This document shows positions 29,056 to 38,880 of a stretch of DNA of 64,000 nt, piece after piece (the first letter of the stretch is position 1; every line of letters begins with the position of its first letter). A program made the translations under genes and the position numbers. The DNA comes from Candidatus Sumerlaeia bacterium. Its GTDB lineage: Bacteria > Sumerlaeota > Sumerlaeia > SLMS01 > JANRJK01. The stretch spans positions 1 to 64,000 of the forward strand of contig JANRJK010000039.1 of NCBI GenBank assembly GCA_033764015.1, written 5' to 3'. A model generated the notes under the pieces. The model saw only the letters and a program-made list of their open reading frames with translations. It was not told the DNA's origin and did no database searches.

Positions 29056-30075
29056 ATGCGCCTTCCTGCTGTCCTCCTTTACGCCGCCGTGGCAGCGTTC
29101 GCGACGCTCGCGGCACCGCTACCCGCCCAGTCGCGCGGCGAAGTCCTCACGGACGTTCCGTTCGCCAACGTGGGCGGACGCGACTTGATGATGAACATCC
29201 GGTTTCCAACGGACGGTTCCTCCCCGCCGTGGCCGCTCGTGGTGTACATCCACGGCGGAGGCTGGACCACCGGCTCTTACTCGGCTTCGCCGCCGCCCTA
29301 CATCAACGAGCTGGCAGCCCGGGGCTATGCCGCGGCCAGCGTCGCGTACCGTCTCACGTCGCAGGAAGCGGATTGGGGCGGGGAGTCCGTGACGTTCCCC
29401 GCGCAGATCCACGACGTGAAGGCCGCGATCCGCTACCTGCGGGCGAACTCGACGACCTACAATCTCGCTCCGGACCGGTTCGCCGTGTGGGGACCCTCCG
29501 CGGGCGGGCACCTGTCCGCACTCGCGGGGACGAGCGGAAACGCACCGGAGCTTGAAGGCTCGGTCGGCGGCAACGAAGGCGTCTCCTCGGCGGTCCAAGC
29601 CGTCGTCGACTACTACGGGCCAAGCGACATCCTGATGATGAACCCCGACATCACCATCCCCCCCGGCTCGTCGATCAACCACGATGCCCCAACAAGCGGC
29701 GAGTCCGCCCTGCTCGGGTTCAACGGGACAGGGGAGGGGATCGGAGTCCTCCGGGCGAACATCGCGAACCCCAACCCGCCCTATCCGGAACTGGCGATTC
29801 TCGCCGAACAGGTGAACCCGATCTCTTGGGTGGATCCGTCCGATCCGCCCTTCTTCATCGTCCACGGAGAGAGCGATGTAGTCGTGCCGACCAACCAGAG
29901 CCAGCGCCTCGCGAACGCGCTGGCCGCCGCCGGGGTCCCGCACACCTTCCACCGGGTGCCGGGGATGGGGCACAACACGCCACCGGTGGAGTACAGCCTG
30001 GAGGCATTCGATTTCCTCAACAACACCATCGGCCCCGCCTCCCAGTCGCGAGTGCAGGGCTGGACGCTGCATTGA
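29056..30075 (+). CDS. Secreted alpha/beta-hydrolase (HSL/BD-FAE-type esterase)
   Basis: Signal peptide; HGGGW, GPSAGG, HGESDVVVP and GH; ends QGWTLH*. Confidence 0.88.
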   Translation: MRLPAVLLYAAVAAFATLAAPLPAQSRGEVLTDVPFANVGGRDLMMNIRFPTDGSSPPWPLVVYIHGGGWTTGSYSASPPPYINELAARGYAAASVAYRLTSQEADWGGESVTFPAQIHDVKAAIRYLRANSTTYNLAPDRFAVWGPSAGGHLSALAGTSGNAPELEGSVGGNEGVSSAVQAVVDYYGPSDILMMNPDITIPPGSSINHDAPTSGESALLGFNGTGEGIGVLRANIANPNPPYPELAILAEQVNPISWVDPSDPPFFIVHGESDVVVPTNQSQRLANALAAAGVPHTFHRVPGMGHNTPPVEYSLEAFDFLNNTIGPASQSRVQGWTLH

Positions 30076-30096
30076 GCACCCAGCCCCTGCGCCGCT

Positions 30097-30633
30097 TCAG
30101 AACGGCCCGAAACGCGTGATGTCCCCGATGCTGACCGCTCCGTTCGTCGGGTCGTACTCGACGTAGGGCACCACATCCCAAACCACGTTCGGTCCGCAGG
30201 AGTGCAGCATGTACCTCCCCTCCGGCACAGCCGCCCAGACGGGGCCGTAGGTGTCGCCGCTCATCCCGATGGAAGTGGTCGCCCGGTCGCGGTAGACGTA
30301 GCCTTGGAAGCGGACCGCGTCGCTGAAGTTGTACGGCGCTGGACCGAACACGTCGCGGGGCACTTCGGCCAGGTAGGCGACCGGCGACTCCAACCGCCAG
30401 AGCGGATCCTCGAGCAGGATGTCGCCCCCCGCGATCGCCGCGTGCGGGTATGCCGCGTTGTCCGTGCGGTATGCTTCGAGCGCGGTGGCGATGGTGCGCA
30501 TGTCGGACTGGACGCGGGAGACCTTCGCGCGGGCCTGGGCGGCTTGGTAGTTCACCGCCCCGAGCGTCGCGAGGATCGCGATGACCGCGACCACGACCAG
30601 CAGTTCGATCAAGGTGAAGGCGCGCTGCGTCAT
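30097..30633 (-). CDS. Prepilin-type N-methylation domain protein (GspG/pseudopilin-like)
   Basis: MTQRA/FTLIELLVVVAVIAILA class III signal; AKVSRVQSDMRTIATALEAY; C-terminal SCGPN…YDPTNG…GDI. Confidence 0.88.
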   Translation of the reverse strand: MTQRAFTLIELLVVVAVIAILATLGAVNYQAAQARAKVSRVQSDMRTIATALEAYRTDNAAYPHAAIAGGDILLEDPLWRLESPVAYLAEVPRDVFGPAPYNFSDAVRFQGYVYRDRATTSIGMSGDTYGPVWAAVPEGRYMLHSCGPNVVWDVVPYVEYDPTNGAVSIGDITRFGPF

Positions 30634-30638
30634 GGCTG

Positions 30639-31448
30639 TCACCACCAGATCGAGTTGGCGCCGTCGATCACGAAGCGGCCCGCCTCGTCCTTCGACACCG
30701 CCATCTTGATCGTCTTCTCCGGGAAGCCGGGGAAGGGGACGCGGACGGGGTACAGCTCGACGCCGGGCGCCGTCGGGTGCGGCTGCGGGGAGCCTACCTT
30801 CTCCGCGGGACGCGGCGTGAACGTGTCGTACCACTTCGCGAAGTCGTCGCGCAGGCTGCCCGGCGCGAAGATCGCCATCGTGTCGTAGTCCTTCTCGCTG
30901 GCGGCGCGCCAGAACGCCCGGATCACGCCCTCGGCGCTCTTCGGGTACGCCTCGCCGAGCGAGTCCGCCGCCTTGCGGGCGGCCTTCGCGGCCTCCACGC
31001 GCGCGTCGCGACTCTTCAGCGCTTTCTTCAGCGAGTCGCCCTCGCCAAGCTCCCAGAAGGAGAGGTCCTGGCGCAGCACTGTGCGCCCCGACGCATCCTT
31101 CGCGACCGCCATCGCGCAATTGTAGGTGTAGGCGCCGAACGGAACGGCGACGAGGAGCAGCTCGACGCCCTCGGCCTCCGGGTGCTTTCCGCGGTCCAGG
31201 ATCTCGGGAGCGCCGGAGGGCGCGTAGCGCGAGGCCATCGCGAGGAAGTCCTCGGCGTTCGCGTCCGGCGAGATCTGCTTCAGGAGCGTAGCGTCCTTGC
31301 TGGCGAACGCACGCCAGTAGGTGATGACGACGTCTTCGGCGGTGGCGGGCGCTGGCGCCTGCGTGGCGGGGGAGGGATCGGCGGCGCACCAGTGCGGCGA
31401 GCCGGTGGCGAGCATCAGTGCGGCGGCGATCAGTCGGATGCGGTTCAT
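30639..31448 (-). CDS. Secreted hypothetical protein with two NTF2-like repeats
   Basis: Signal peptide; internal duplication TAEDVVITYWRAFASKD…VAVPF versus SAEGVIRAFWRAASEKD…VRVPF. Confidence 0.65.
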   Translation of the reverse strand: MNRIRLIAAALMLATGSPHWCAADPSPATQAPAPATAEDVVITYWRAFASKDATLLKQISPDANAEDFLAMASRYAPSGAPEILDRGKHPEAEGVELLLVAVPFGAYTYNCAMAVAKDASGRTVLRQDLSFWELGEGDSLKKALKSRDARVEAAKAARKAADSLGEAYPKSAEGVIRAFWRAASEKDYDTMAIFAPGSLRDDFAKWYDTFTPRPAEKVGSPQPHPTAPGVELYPVRVPFPGFPEKTIKMAVSKDEAGRFVIDGANSIWW

Positions 31449-31589
31449 AGTGTGGCTCCTTCGGAGGTCGGGTGTGTGGCGCCGTGCTGGCGTCCGGGGA
31501 GCACTCAACGCCGGCCCCGCTGCGATTTCCACATCCCGCCCGGCGATCGGGTCCGGGGTGCCGCTGGCCGGAGCGAACGGCCCCCGCCG

Positions 31590-31663
31590 CCGTCCGCGCC
31601 CGATCCGCGACCGTTCGCCGCGAACGCGCTTTCCCGTTGGGCGGCGGCAGGCATCCAGTTACG
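31590..31663 (+). promoter_or_regulatory. Phased direct repeats resembling LytTR binding boxes
   Basis: ccgtc at 31590, (a)ccgttcgc at 31611, (c)ccgttggg at 31634 and (c)cagttacg at 31656. Spacing is 21/23/22 nt. Confidence 0.55.
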
Positions 31664-31680
31664 ACAGAAGAGGAACCACC

Positions 31681-32889
31681 ATGGCCACCAAGGCAGCCCC
31701 GACCCCCACCGCTATCCCCCGCATCTGGCTCGGACGCGGCCAAGTGCCGCTTCGCCACGCGCTGCGCATCGGCGCGGGACGCTCCATCGCCTCTCGCGAA
31801 GCGCTCTACCACAGCCTTTTGTGGGGTGTGAGCATTGGCTTGGCGAACGGCATCATGACCCCGAGCCGAATCGGCTACATGATGTTTGCGAACCTCATGT
31901 TCTCCTTCGCGATCGGCTACCTGAGTTCCGTTCCTTGGCGCTGGCGTCTGGTGCCGGCGGGCGCACCGGTGGCGCTCCGCGCCGTTGCGTCGACGGTGGT
32001 GGCCTGCGCCGCGGGCTACATGCTGTTCGTGGCGTCGATGACATTGCCCCACTTCCTGCTGTACGGGGCGGGTCCCTCTCCGGAATTGATGCGCACTTTC
32101 CTGCGACTCGGCGCGTTCGGATTCGTTTTCGCCGTGGTGGGCTTCTACATCGTGCTCGGCCAGGACGAGGAGCGCCGCGCGCGGCTCCTCGAGCGGGACG
32201 CCCGCCGCCTCGCGCGCCTGGCGGAGCAGGCGCGCCTCGTCGCCCTCCGCGCGCAGATCAACCCGCACTTCTTCTTCAACGCGCTCAACACCGTCGCCGC
32301 GCTGATCCCCACGCGCCCCGCGGACGCGGAGCGCGCCGTCGAGCTCCTCGCGCAGGCGCTCCGCCCCGTGCTGACCCGCGAGCAGCCGTTGCTCGCCAAC
32401 GTCGCCTCGGAGGTGGAAGTGGCGCGCGCCTACGGCGAGGTCGAACGGCTCCGCGCCGGCGAGCGCCTAGCGCTGACCTTCGACATCGAGCCCGCCGCCG
32501 CGGCGCGCGAGGTTCCTTCGCTGCTCCTCCAACCACTTGTCGAGAACTCGGTGCGCTACGGCCTCGATGCCACCACGGGGACGGTGGCGATCGCGGTCCG
32601 CGCCCGGATCGACGGAGGCGCGTTGCGCCTCGAGGTCGAGAACCGCGCAACCGGCGCCGCGGGTCCCGCCACCGGCGAAGCCGCCCACCGGCCGGGCCAC
32701 GCGCTCCACAATGTAGCGCAACGACTGCGCGCGCTCTTCGGCCCCGACGCCGGAATCCGCTGCGAAGTCGGCAAGGGCTGGGCGCGCGCGGAGGTCCGCA
32801 TCCCCGCCACGGCGCCCGCACCCGAGGTGCTCGCCGCCGCCGAGCGCGCGCGCCGCTCCGCCCCGCCCCTGCTCACGGCGGAGGCGTGA
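31681..32889 (+). CDS. LytS-family sensor histidine kinase
   Basis: TM region, then LRAQINPHFFFNALN and LLQPLVENSVRYG. Confidence 0.92.
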   Translation: MATKAAPTPTAIPRIWLGRGQVPLRHALRIGAGRSIASREALYHSLLWGVSIGLANGIMTPSRIGYMMFANLMFSFAIGYLSSVPWRWRLVPAGAPVALRAVASTVVACAAGYMLFVASMTLPHFLLYGAGPSPELMRTFLRLGAFGFVFAVVGFYIVLGQDEERRARLLERDARRLARLAEQARLVALRAQINPHFFFNALNTVAALIPTRPADAERAVELLAQALRPVLTREQPLLANVASEVEVARAYGEVERLRAGERLALTFDIEPAAAAREVPSLLLQPLVENSVRYGLDATTGTVAIAVRARIDGGALRLEVENRATGAAGPATGEAAHRPGHALHNVAQRLRALFGPDAGIRCEVGKGWARAEVRIPATAPAPEVLAAAERARRSAPPLLTAEA

Positions 32890-32890
32890 C

Positions 32891-33604
32891 ATGTCGGCCG
32901 CCACGCTCCGGGTGCTGATCGTCGACGACGAGCCGCTCGCGCGGGAGCGGCTGCGCATGCTGCTCGCGCGCGTCGGCGGCAACGACGTCGCCGGCGAGGC
33001 CGCCGACGGCCACCAGGCGCTCCGCGCGATCGACGAACTGCAGCCCGACGTGGTCTTTCTCGACATCCGCATGCCCGGCCTGGACGGCCTCCGCGTGATC
33101 GAGGCGCTCGACGACCCCCCGCCGGTTGTGCTCTCCACCGCGCACGAGGAGCACGCGGTCCGGGCCTTCGACCTCGACGTGGCGGACTACCTGCTCAAGC
33201 CCTACTCCGCGGAGCGCGTGGCGCGCGCGCTCGACCGTGCGCGCCGGCTCGCCTCGCCCGCCCCGCCGACCCGTGCCGCCACCCGCGTCGCCGCCCAGGA
33301 CGGCGCCTCCACGGTGCTGGTGCCTGTCGACGCGATCGTGGCGATCCGTCTGGAGGAAGGCGTCGTGTTCATCCACCGCGAGGATGGCGAGCGGCTGATC
33401 GCGGACGACCCCTTGCAGCGCCTCGAGGAGATCCTCGCCGGAGGCGACCTGCTCCGGGTCAGCAGGCAGGCGCTGGTCAACTTGCGCCGCGTCGAGTCCT
33501 TCGAGCCCACCGACGAGGGTGGCCTCCGGCTGCGCCTCTCCGACGGTTCGACCGAGACCGCGTCGCGGCGGCGGGCCCGCGCGGTTCGCGCGCGGCTGGG
33601 GTAG
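32891..33604 (+). CDS. LytTR-family response regulator
   Basis: IVDDEPLAR, FLDIRMPGLDG, DYLLKP; LytTR domain RVSRQALVN…SRRR. Confidence 0.92.
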   Translation: MSAATLRVLIVDDEPLARERLRMLLARVGGNDVAGEAADGHQALRAIDELQPDVVFLDIRMPGLDGLRVIEALDDPPPVVLSTAHEEHAVRAFDLDVADYLLKPYSAERVARALDRARRLASPAPPTRAATRVAAQDGASTVLVPVDAIVAIRLEEGVVFIHREDGERLIADDPLQRLEEILAGGDLLRVSRQALVNLRRVESFEPTDEGGLRLRLSDGSTETASRRRARAVRARLG

Positions 33605-33658
33605 CCACACCGTTCCCGCTTGTCCACCGGCCCCCCTCGGCGTCCATCAAGGGGAGCC

Positions 33659-34300
33659 ATGGTCGCCACCGCCCTCGCCCTAGCCGCCGCCTACCTCGCC
33701 GGCGCGATCCCAACCGGCCTGTTCGTCGGGAAGGCGAAGGGCGTGGACCTGCGCGAGGTCGGCTCGAAGAACATCGGCTTCACCAATGCGTGGCGGGTGC
33801 TCGGCGCAGGCCCCGGGCTGGTGGTTCTGGTGGTGGATGTGGGCAAGGCGTTCGCCGCCGCGCGCTACCTTCCTCCACTGGCCGACAGCTCCGCGGCATG
33901 GGTGCCGGCCGCGGCGGGGATTGCGGTGCTGCTGGGCAACTTCTTCAACGTGTTCCTGCGCGGCAAGGGCGGCAAGGGAGTGGCCACGGGGCTCGGTGTC
34001 TTCGCCGCCCTCGCGCCCCAGTCCATCGGCGCCGCCGCGGTCGTCTTCTTCCTCACGGTGGCGGCGACGCGCTACATCAGCCTCGGCTCGCTGCTCGCCG
34101 TGACAGTGCTGCTCGCGGGCACGCTCTACTGGGACGACTGGCCGGTGCGCGCCATCGCCGCGCTGACCTGGGCGCTCGTCGTCTACAAGCACCGCGAGAA
34201 CATCGGGCGCCTCCGCGCCGGCACCGAGCGCAAGTTCGGCCGCGCAGGCTCGGAGCCCTCCAAGCCCGAAACGCTGGACGGTGGAAGCCAGCCCCGCTAG
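33659..34300 (+). CDS. plsY: Glycerol-3-phosphate acyltransferase PlsY
   Basis: DLREVGSKNIGFTNAWR, KGGKGVAT, RYISLGS and KHRENIGRL. Confidence 0.93.
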   Translation: MVATALALAAAYLAGAIPTGLFVGKAKGVDLREVGSKNIGFTNAWRVLGAGPGLVVLVVDVGKAFAAARYLPPLADSSAAWVPAAAGIAVLLGNFFNVFLRGKGGKGVATGLGVFAALAPQSIGAAAVVFFLTVAATRYISLGSLLAVTVLLAGTLYWDDWPVRAIAALTWALVVYKHRENIGRLRAGTERKFGRAGSEPSKPETLDGGSQPR

Positions 34301-34353
34301 CATCACCGGGAACACCAACGCTTCGACCACCCCGCCGACGGAGGCGCCCCCCG

Positions 34354-37300
34354 GTGACGACGCCGCCGCAATCGCACGACCCCTCCGAAGAGTTCGCCAA
34401 CCTAGGCGGCCTGCCCGCCGAGGCCACGGCCTCCTACCTTGGTCCGCCCTCGGCGGTAGCCCGGGAATCCGCGACGCTTGGCACCGTGTCGTTGTGGGCG
34501 GTGCCGTCGGCGGCGGGCGAATTCGCCGCTCTCGCGCCGACGGAGGCCGCCGCTCCGATGTACCGCCTGAAGCGTATCGTCGGCCGCGGCGGCATGGGCG
34601 AAGTGTGGGAGGCGGAGCAGGTCAGCCTCCGCCGCAGCGTCGCCGTGAAGCGCGCGCAACTCCCCGCCGGCTCGGGCGCCGACGATCCCCGCCTCGCGGA
34701 GTTCCAGCGCGAAGCGCTCATCTCCGCCCGACTCGAGCACCCGAACATCGTCCCGGTCCACGACCTCGGCAAGGACGAGGCGGGCCGACCGCTGCTCGCG
34801 ATGAAGCTCGTCGAGGGCCGCGGCTGGGACCGCGCGCTCCGCGAGGAATTCGGCTCGCTCTCAGCCAGCGAGTTCCTCGCGAAGCACCTCCCGATCTTGA
34901 TCGACGTGGCCCAGGCGGTCGCCTTCGCCCACGACCGCGGCGTGCTCCACCGCGACCTCAAGCCCTCGCAGGTGATGCTCGGCGCCTACGGCGAAGTGAT
35001 GCTGATGGATTGGGGCCTCGCCATGTACGTCGGCGACGCGCCGGACCCGGACCTCGCCCGGAGCCTCCCCACGCGCGCGACCGCCAGCTCGCCCTCCGGC
35101 ACCCCCGCCCTCATGGCGCCGGAGCAAACCGACCGCGACACCTCGCGCACCGGCACGTGGACCGACGTCTATCTGCTCGGGGGCACCCTTTACTACCTGC
35201 TGACGGGCACTTTCCCGCACGATGCGCCGACCGCCGCGATCGCCATGGCGAAGGCGCGCTCTGGAGTCGTCGCCCCCCCGCGCGGGCGCGCACCGCAACG
35301 CGACGTCCCGGCGGACCTCGAAGCGCTTTGCATGGAGTCGCTCCTGCCGGACCCCGCCGCGCGGCTCGCCTCGGCCAAGGAGTTCGCTTCGCGGCTCGGG
35401 GACCATCTCAGCGGAGCCACCCGGCGGCGGGAGTCCCAATCGCTCGGGAGGGTTGTCGCCGAAGCTCCGCTCGAGTCCTCGCGCGGCTACCGTGCGTTCG
35501 TTGAAGCCCAGTCGCAGCTCGCCCGCGCCCGGGCGCTCTGGTTCGACAACCCGGAACTTGATCAGCTCGAAGAGCGCGTCGCGGTCGCCTACGCGGAGGC
35601 GGCGCTCAGCCGGCGCGACCTCGTCCTCGCGAACGAACAGGCGGAACGGCTCCCCCCCGGAGCCGCGCGGAGCGCGCTCGCCCGCCGGGTGGACGCCGCG
35701 ATCGCCGCCGCGCGCCGCCGCGAGCTCCAGCGCCGCGCGTCCATCGCCGCGGTCCTCGTGCTGGCGGTCGTCTCGACCGCGCTGGCCGTCTGGAGCGACG
35801 GCCTTCGCCGCGACGCCGAGCGCGCCCGCGCCCGCGCGGACGAGCAGTTCCAGGCCGCCGAGGCGGCCCGCGCCGCCGCCTCCCGCGAGCGCGACGCCGC
35901 CGACGCCGCGCGCCTCCGCGCCCAGGACTCCCGCGACCGGGCCGAGGGACTCATCAACTTCATGCTCTCCGACCTGCGGACCGGACTCGCAGAGGTCGGG
36001 CGCATCGACCTCCTCGAGTCCGTCGCGGCCCGGGCGGTCGGATTCTTCGAGGAGAATCCGGTGGCCCCCGAGGACCCCCTCCGGGCCCAGGCGACGCGCG
36101 CGCTGGCGCTGGGATCCCTTGCGATCGTCCTTTACGACCAAGGGAAGTTCGAGGAGGCCGACGCCGCCGCCGCCGCCGCCGTGGAGGCCGGCCGGCCACC
36201 AGCAGCGCAGGCCGGGAGTCCCGAGGACGTGGCGCCCCTGCTCGCCGCGCTCGATGTGCGGGTTCGGATTTCCCAGGAACGCGTCGGCGTCGAGGAGTGG
36301 AGGGCGCGCCTCGATGCGTTCGAGGATGCGGCGGCCAGCCTTCCCGCTGACCTGGTGCGCGCCTCCACGGCCTACCCGCGGCTGGCCATGGTGCCTCGCG
36401 CGCGCGCCGCCCTTCGCCTTTTCGCGGGCGACACTTCGGGTTCCCTCGATATCGCCTCCGCGGCTTTCGCTGAATGGGACGCGCGCCTCGACGGGGACCC
36501 CGCGCTCGGGGTCCCCGAGTACTATGTCAATCTCGCGGAGCTCGCCGTCGCCGCCGGCGACAGCAGGCTGCTCGCGAGCGAGCCGGACTCCGCAGCCGGG
36601 TGGTACCGCCGCGCCGCAGGGATCATCGACGAAGGAATCGCGCGCCATCCCCGCTCCACATCGCTCATCTATTCCTCCACGGTTTCCGGAGCCCGCCTAG
36701 GGTATACCCTGCAGGACTTCCTGGGGCGGACCGACGAAGCGCTCGAGGTGAACTCACGGATCGCGGAGGTGAACCGCCGCCTCGTCGAACTGGCGCCAAC
36801 CAACGCGCAGTACCACGACAGCCATGCTGTCCAGCTGGTGCTCGTCGGATACGGACTCCAGTCCCTCGGACGGAACACCGAAGCGCTAGAGTCGTTCCGC
36901 GGCGCAGTCGCCGCCCAGCGTGAGGCGCTCCGGTTCTCCCCCGACACCGCGCCGGCCAAGTGGTTCCGCCTCGCGGACCGCCTGTCGAACCTCGGCCAGC
37001 ACGCCGTCGCCGTGGGGCGCGGGGAGGAGGCGCTCGCGTGCATCGCGGAACTCGACGCCATCGAGGACCGCGTCCGCGGCACCGACGTCTGGGACGCGGC
37101 GCTCGGCCAGGCCTTCACCCAGTCGCAGGTCTTCCACTTCGCCCTGACCCGCATCTCGCTCGCCACTGTGCGCAACCAGGAGGGGAGCCACCGCGAGGCG
37201 CTCGCGCTCCTCGAACCGGTGCTGCGCAACCTCGGCGGCGATCCGCCTCCGATCGGTTTCGTCTACCCGCAATTCATCCATGTGGTCCGGCTGCGCAACG

Positions 37301-37725
37301 AAGCCGCGCGGGCGTGCTCCGCCCTCGGCGACCCTGCCCGGGCGGCGGCCCTGGTCCAGGGCGCCTTGGCCATCTCGAACGCGCACACCGCGTCGGAATC
37401 GCGCGCCGGCCTGCCGAACGAACGGGCTCTTCAGGAGGCGCTCGGCCACGAGTCCGTCTCGCACCTCCTGGCCGCCCAAGCCGCCGCCCTGCGAGGCGAT
37501 CGTGCCGCCATGGAGCAATCCCTCGCGGAGGCCCTCCGACTCGCGCCGCTCGGGCTGCCGGCTTGGGGAGCCCTCTCGCCCCACGAGCGCGCCTTCGAGG
37601 CCGCCGCGATCCGGGGCGACCGGGCGGCTGCTCTGTCTGCGCTCGAACAACTTGGCGGCGCGGAATCGCTCAACGCATGGCAACGCTCGCTCGCGCCGGC
37701 GGCATGGGGTTTGGCGGGGGAGTAG
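34354..37725 (+). CDS. Ser/Thr protein kinase with TM helix and C-terminal TPR-like region
   Basis: GRGGMGEV, VAVK, LEHPNIVPVHD, HRDLKPSQ, DWG, GTPALMAPEQ and DVYLLG. TM segment SIAAVLVLAVVSTALAVW. GTG start is inferred. Confidence 0.85.
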   Translation: MTTPPQSHDPSEEFANLGGLPAEATASYLGPPSAVARESATLGTVSLWAVPSAAGEFAALAPTEAAAPMYRLKRIVGRGGMGEVWEAEQVSLRRSVAVKRAQLPAGSGADDPRLAEFQREALISARLEHPNIVPVHDLGKDEAGRPLLAMKLVEGRGWDRALREEFGSLSASEFLAKHLPILIDVAQAVAFAHDRGVLHRDLKPSQVMLGAYGEVMLMDWGLAMYVGDAPDPDLARSLPTRATASSPSGTPALMAPEQTDRDTSRTGTWTDVYLLGGTLYYLLTGTFPHDAPTAAIAMAKARSGVVAPPRGRAPQRDVPADLEALCMESLLPDPAARLASAKEFASRLGDHLSGATRRRESQSLGRVVAEAPLESSRGYRAFVEAQSQLARARALWFDNPELDQLEERVAVAYAEAALSRRDLVLANEQAERLPPGAARSALARRVDAAIAAARRRELQRRASIAAVLVLAVVSTALAVWSDGLRRDAERARARADEQFQAAEAARAAASRERDAADAARLRAQDSRDRAEGLINFMLSDLRTGLAEVGRIDLLESVAARAVGFFEENPVAPEDPLRAQATRALALGSLAIVLYDQGKFEEADAAAAAAVEAGRPPAAQAGSPEDVAPLLAALDVRVRISQERVGVEEWRARLDAFEDAAASLPADLVRASTAYPRLAMVPRARAALRLFAGDTSGSLDIASAAFAEWDARLDGDPALGVPEYYVNLAELAVAAGDSRLLASEPDSAAGWYRRAAGIIDEGIARHPRSTSLIYSSTVSGARLGYTLQDFLGRTDEALEVNSRIAEVNRRLVELAPTNAQYHDSHAVQLVLVGYGLQSLGRNTEALESFRGAVAAQREALRFSPDTAPAKWFRLADRLSNLGQHAVAVGRGEEALACIAELDAIEDRVRGTDVWDAALGQAFTQSQVFHFALTRISLATVRNQEGSHREALALLEPVLRNLGGDPPPIGFVYPQFIHVVRLRNEAARACSALGDPARAAALVQGALAISNAHTASESRAGLPNERALQEALGHESVSHLLAAQAAALRGDRAAMEQSLAEALRLAPLGLPAWGALSPHERAFEAAAIRGDRAAALSALEQLGGAESLNAWQRSLAPAAWGLAGE

Positions 37726-37728
37726 CGC

Positions 37729-38880
37729 CTACCCGCGCTTGCCGCCCGCGAGCAGCCCGCGCACGGGGCGTGTCGCGAGGCGCGCCGCGATGGTGCGCTG
37801 TGCCCGCGCCTCGTCCTCCGGCGCCAGGAAGTCGATCCGCGCCGCCGCGACCAGCACCGACTCCGGCACCCGGTTCGGATCGTCCAGTTTCACCGCGTCC
37901 TTCTCGGTGATCGCGATGAAGTCCGCCCCGAGCCGCTTGCGGCTCGCGTCCAGCTTGCGAAGCTCCTTCGCCGTCAGCCCCTCGTGGTCCGCGAGGTAGC
38001 GCGCCGCCATCACGCGCATTCCCGCGCCTTCGAGCGTCTGGCGGAACGAGCGCGGATTGGCGAGCCCGCAGGCCAGGACCACCTTGCGGCCGCGCAGCTC
38101 CTCCGCGGTGATCTCCGCCGTCTCGTGGAACAACCGCCCCGAGACCAAGCCCACATCGGTGCGGACTAGCGGGAGGCCCGGGTGTTCGCGCTTCAGCCAG
38201 CGCAGCAGCCGCCTCGCCTCGTCGCCCGCCTGGTGCATGCGCGTGGCGACGACCAGGTGGGCGTTGCGCAGCGCGCCGAGCGGCTCGCGGAGCGTGCCCC
38301 GCGGGAAGAGCTGCAACTCCTCGAGCGGCCGAGTCGCGTCCAGCAGCACGATGTCGCAGTCGCGCGCCATCGCGAGGTGCTGGAATCCGTCGTCGAGCAC
38401 GAGCGAATCGACCGCGAGGCGCTTGACCGCGAGGCGCGCCGCGCGCGAGCGGTCCGCGCACGCGACGATCGGAGTGTCGCCCAGCAGCCGCGCCAACAGC
38501 ACCGGCTCGTCGCCCGCGGTCCGCGTCGTCGCCTTCAGGTACTTGCCGTCGTGGACGATCGTGAGCTGCGACTCGTCCTCGCGGCCGTAGCCCCGCGTGA
38601 GGATCGCGGGGCGCTTGCCGGTCGATTGCATCCAGCGCGTGAGCCAGACGCAGAACGGGGTCTTGCCGGTGCCGCCGAGCGTCAGGTTGCCGACACTGAC
38701 GACGGGCACCGGGGCGCGGTGGCGCTCCCGGATGCCGGTGTCGTAGAGGAGGCGGTTCGCCGCGGCGCCGGCGCCGTAGGCCAGACCGAGCGGCGCGAGG
38801 ACGCGCTGCAGCGCCAGCTCCGCGGGCGAGTGCGGGCGGCCGTCGTCCGCCAGGCGGAGGAACTGCTCGCGGAGGCCCAT
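37729..38880 (-). CDS. lpxK: Tetraacyldisaccharide 4'-kinase
   Basis: VSVGNLTLGGTGKTP, TRGYG, GDEP, LDDGFQH, PRGTLRE and TEKDAVK. Confidence 0.95.
   Translation of the reverse strand: MGLREQFLRLADDGRPHSPAELALQRVLAPLGLAYGAGAAANRLLYDTGIRERHRAPVPVVSVGNLTLGGTGKTPFCVWLTRWMQSTGKRPAILTRGYGREDESQLTIVHDGKYLKATTRTAGDEPVLLARLLGDTPIVACADRSRAARLAVKRLAVDSLVLDDGFQHLAMARDCDIVLLDATRPLEELQLFPRGTLREPLGALRNAHLVVATRMHQAGDEARRLLRWLKREHPGLPLVRTDVGLVSGRLFHETAEITAEELRGRKVVLACGLANPRSFRQTLEGAGMRVMAARYLADHEGLTAKELRKLDASRKRLGADFIAITEKDAVKLDDPNRVPESVLVAAARIDFLAPEDEARAQRTIAARLATRPVRGLLAGGKRG

Noticed and set aside
33790..34353. Apparent N-terminal extension of the 1311-aa kinase ORF
   Set aside because: It overlaps plsY in another frame. 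The real start is more likely GTG 34354 after a GGAGG.
36160..36185. (gcc)n runs
   Set aside because: These are poly-Ala codons within a CDS, not a separate repeat element.
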